Assembly: GCA_051748045.1 (NCBI GenBank)
Contig: JBNJGY010000045.1
Coordinates: 1-16,743 of the forward strand
From: Thermotogota bacterium
Lineage (GTDB): Bacteria > Thermotogota > Thermotogae > Petrotogales > Petrotogaceae
Direction: 5' to 3'
DNA length: 16,743 bases
In this document: one piece after another, positions 15,359 through 16,743 of the stretch
Numbering within the stretch: the stretch's first letter is position 1
How the letters are laid out: each line of letters begins with the position of its first letter
Position numbers and translations under genes: made by a program
The notes under the pieces: model-generated
Database searches by the model: none
Told to the model about the DNA's origin: nothing
What the model saw: only the letters and a program-made list of their open reading frames with translations

Positions 15359-16642
15359 ATGAAAAAATATTTTTTTATATTTAATGCTTTGATTATGCAT
15401 GTTATTTGTATAATTATAAACAAATTTGGTCTGTTTGGAGAAGATTCATACGAAATATCTACATTCTTTTTGTTCAGTGGATGGGGAGTTTTTATAATCA
15501 AATCTATATATTTTTCAATGGTGAAATTATCAAAAAATTTCAAAGTTTATAATAACTTTAAATTTTATATTTTTTCTTTAACAAAAACTTTCTTACTTTC
15601 TCTTTTGACATTTGGTTCTGATATTTTTGGTAATTATAGTTTTATTTTAAATATAGCTTTATTTATTTCCTTCAATTTATTGTTGATATTATTAATAGTA
15701 AAAATATTTATGTTATTTGCTATAAAACTAAGTTTCCTGAAAAATATAGTATCAATATTTTTAGTAATTTCTATATCTTTAATGTCCTTCTCGTATGATT
15801 TTAATAGTAATTTAAATACAAGTTATAACCCAGTTTTTGATTATTATGATAATTATTCAAAAATATCAAGAAATTCTTTTGATTTCATTATAGAATATCT
15901 AGCAAAAGCAATTACAGGAAGAGAATTAACTAACAGAAAAAACAAATTTATTAAAAACAGTCAACAAAATGATATTCAAAAAAGATTAGAACCAGGAGAT
16001 ATTCTTTTAAGAAGAATGAATTGGCAATTGACCAACATAGGAGTTGGAGGATTTTGGACACATTCTGGAATGTATTTAGGAAATCTAGATGAACTAGATA
16101 GATATTTCAAAGGTACAAAGCAATTAGGAGATTTAAATTATTCTGAATGGTTAAAAAAAGAATACAGTTTGATATATGATCTTATGATAAAAAATCCTGA
16201 TTTTGTTTTGTATGAATCAAATTATAAAGGTGTTGTTTTAAATGAATTTGATTCTATGGGTAGATCTGATTTTTTTTCAGCGTTGAGACCTAATTTAACA
16301 AAAGAAGAAAAATTTGAAGCAATTAATAATTCTTTTAAATATTTTGGAAAAAATTATGATTATAAATTCAACTTCCATGATGATCAAGAACTAGTTTGTT
16401 CAGAATTATTGTATGTTGCATATAAAAAAACAAATTTAATAAATTTTAAACCATACTACTCAACTGGAAAATATTTTATGAGACCAGACGATTTTGTCAA
16501 ATTCTATCTAGAAAATCCAAATGAATTAGATTTTGTAGTTTTCTATGATTCATCTGAAAAGAAAAAGATCGCTTTTGAAGCATCTGAAGATAGCTTTAAA
16601 AAGAGTATAAATAGAACTCCATTAGATATAATGATGAGGTAG
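15359..16642 (+). CDS. Membrane-anchored permuted papain-like NlpC/P60 protein (YiiX/YaeF/YebB-like)
   Basis: About 145 N-terminal aa with several hydrophobic segments, then LEPGDILLRR..GGFWTHSGMYLG (His) and GKNYDYKF..ELVCSEL (Cys after His, the permuted order). ATG 15359 (MKKYFF) preferred over 15344 because GGGGGTG at 15346-15352 is a well-placed RBS. Confidence 0.82.
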   Translation: MKKYFFIFNALIMHVICIIINKFGLFGEDSYEISTFFLFSGWGVFIIKSIYFSMVKLSKNFKVYNNFKFYIFSLTKTFLLSLLTFGSDIFGNYSFILNIALFISFNLLLILLIVKIFMLFAIKLSFLKNIVSIFLVISISLMSFSYDFNSNLNTSYNPVFDYYDNYSKISRNSFDFIIEYLAKAITGRELTNRKNKFIKNSQQNDIQKRLEPGDILLRRMNWQLTNIGVGGFWTHSGMYLGNLDELDRYFKGTKQLGDLNYSEWLKKEYSLIYDLMIKNPDFVLYESNYKGVVLNEFDSMGRSDFFSALRPNLTKEEKFEAINNSFKYFGKNYDYKFNFHDDQELVCSELLYVAYKKTNLINFKPYYSTGKYFMRPDDFVKFYLENPNELDFVVFYDSSEKKKIAFEASEDSFKKSINRTPLDIMMR

Positions 16643-16666
16643 ACTTTTATAAAGTCTACCTTTTTT
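16637..16666 (+). terminator. Intrinsic terminator overlapping the stop codon
   Basis: AGGTAGACTTT (16637-16647) / AAAGTCTACCT (16651-16661), followed by a T run. Confidence 0.85.
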
Positions 16667-16706
16667 GACATTTTATTCCAAAATATGACAGTTTGTCTTA
16701 ATTCGC

Positions 16707-16735
16707 TTGTAGTTTTAACAATAAAGTTATATAAT
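16707..16735 (+). promoter_or_regulatory. Predicted promoter for a gene beyond the right edge
   Basis: TTGTAG (16707-16712), 17 nt, TATAAT (16730-16735), downstream of the terminator. Confidence 0.55.
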
Positions 16736-16743
16736 ATAAATAT

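Noticed and set aside
15307-15543. 78-aa minus-strand ORF
   Set aside because: Antisense to the NlpC/P60 gene start, which has a better RBS and promoter. No motif.
1-16743. CRISPR arrays, tRNA/rRNA, IS elements, prophage or defence genes
   Set aside because: No regularly spaced repeats, cloverleaf or rRNA-like segments, transposase or integrase motifs were seen. Intergenic gaps are short and explained by promoters and terminators.

Overview
AT-rich bacterial chromosomal window. Signal-peptide style and GGGGTGA/GGAGG ribosome-binding sites suggest an anaerobe such as a Thermotogota/Petrotogales member; this is inference only. The main feature is a 10-gene minus-strand operon (10879->113). In order it encodes a non-canonical FabH/KAS III-like enzyme, an SDR (FabG/PhaB-like), an acetyl-CoA hydrolase/CoA-transferase, a thiolase, a LIV-type (HAAT) ABC importer whose second permease is fused to a complete alpha/beta-hydrolase, and a tandem double-TetR regulator. 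A second alpha/beta-hydrolase gene ends convergently at the left edge. The operon has a clear sigma70-type promoter overlapped by one of two related AATGA-N8-TCAYT operator-like sites 126 bp apart, an internal hairpin after the binding-protein gene, and a bidirectional terminator. The best hypothesis is an uptake-hydrolysis-CoA-activation route for 3-hydroxyacyl esters or oligomers such as 3-hydroxybutyrate oligomers. The right part holds a divergent PfkB kinase, a DUF362 Fe-S protein, a SAM methyltransferase, a CyuA/YhaM-like L-cysteine desulfidase and a membrane-anchored permuted NlpC/P60 (YiiX/YaeF-like) protein. No RNA genes, CRISPR arrays or mobile elements were seen.
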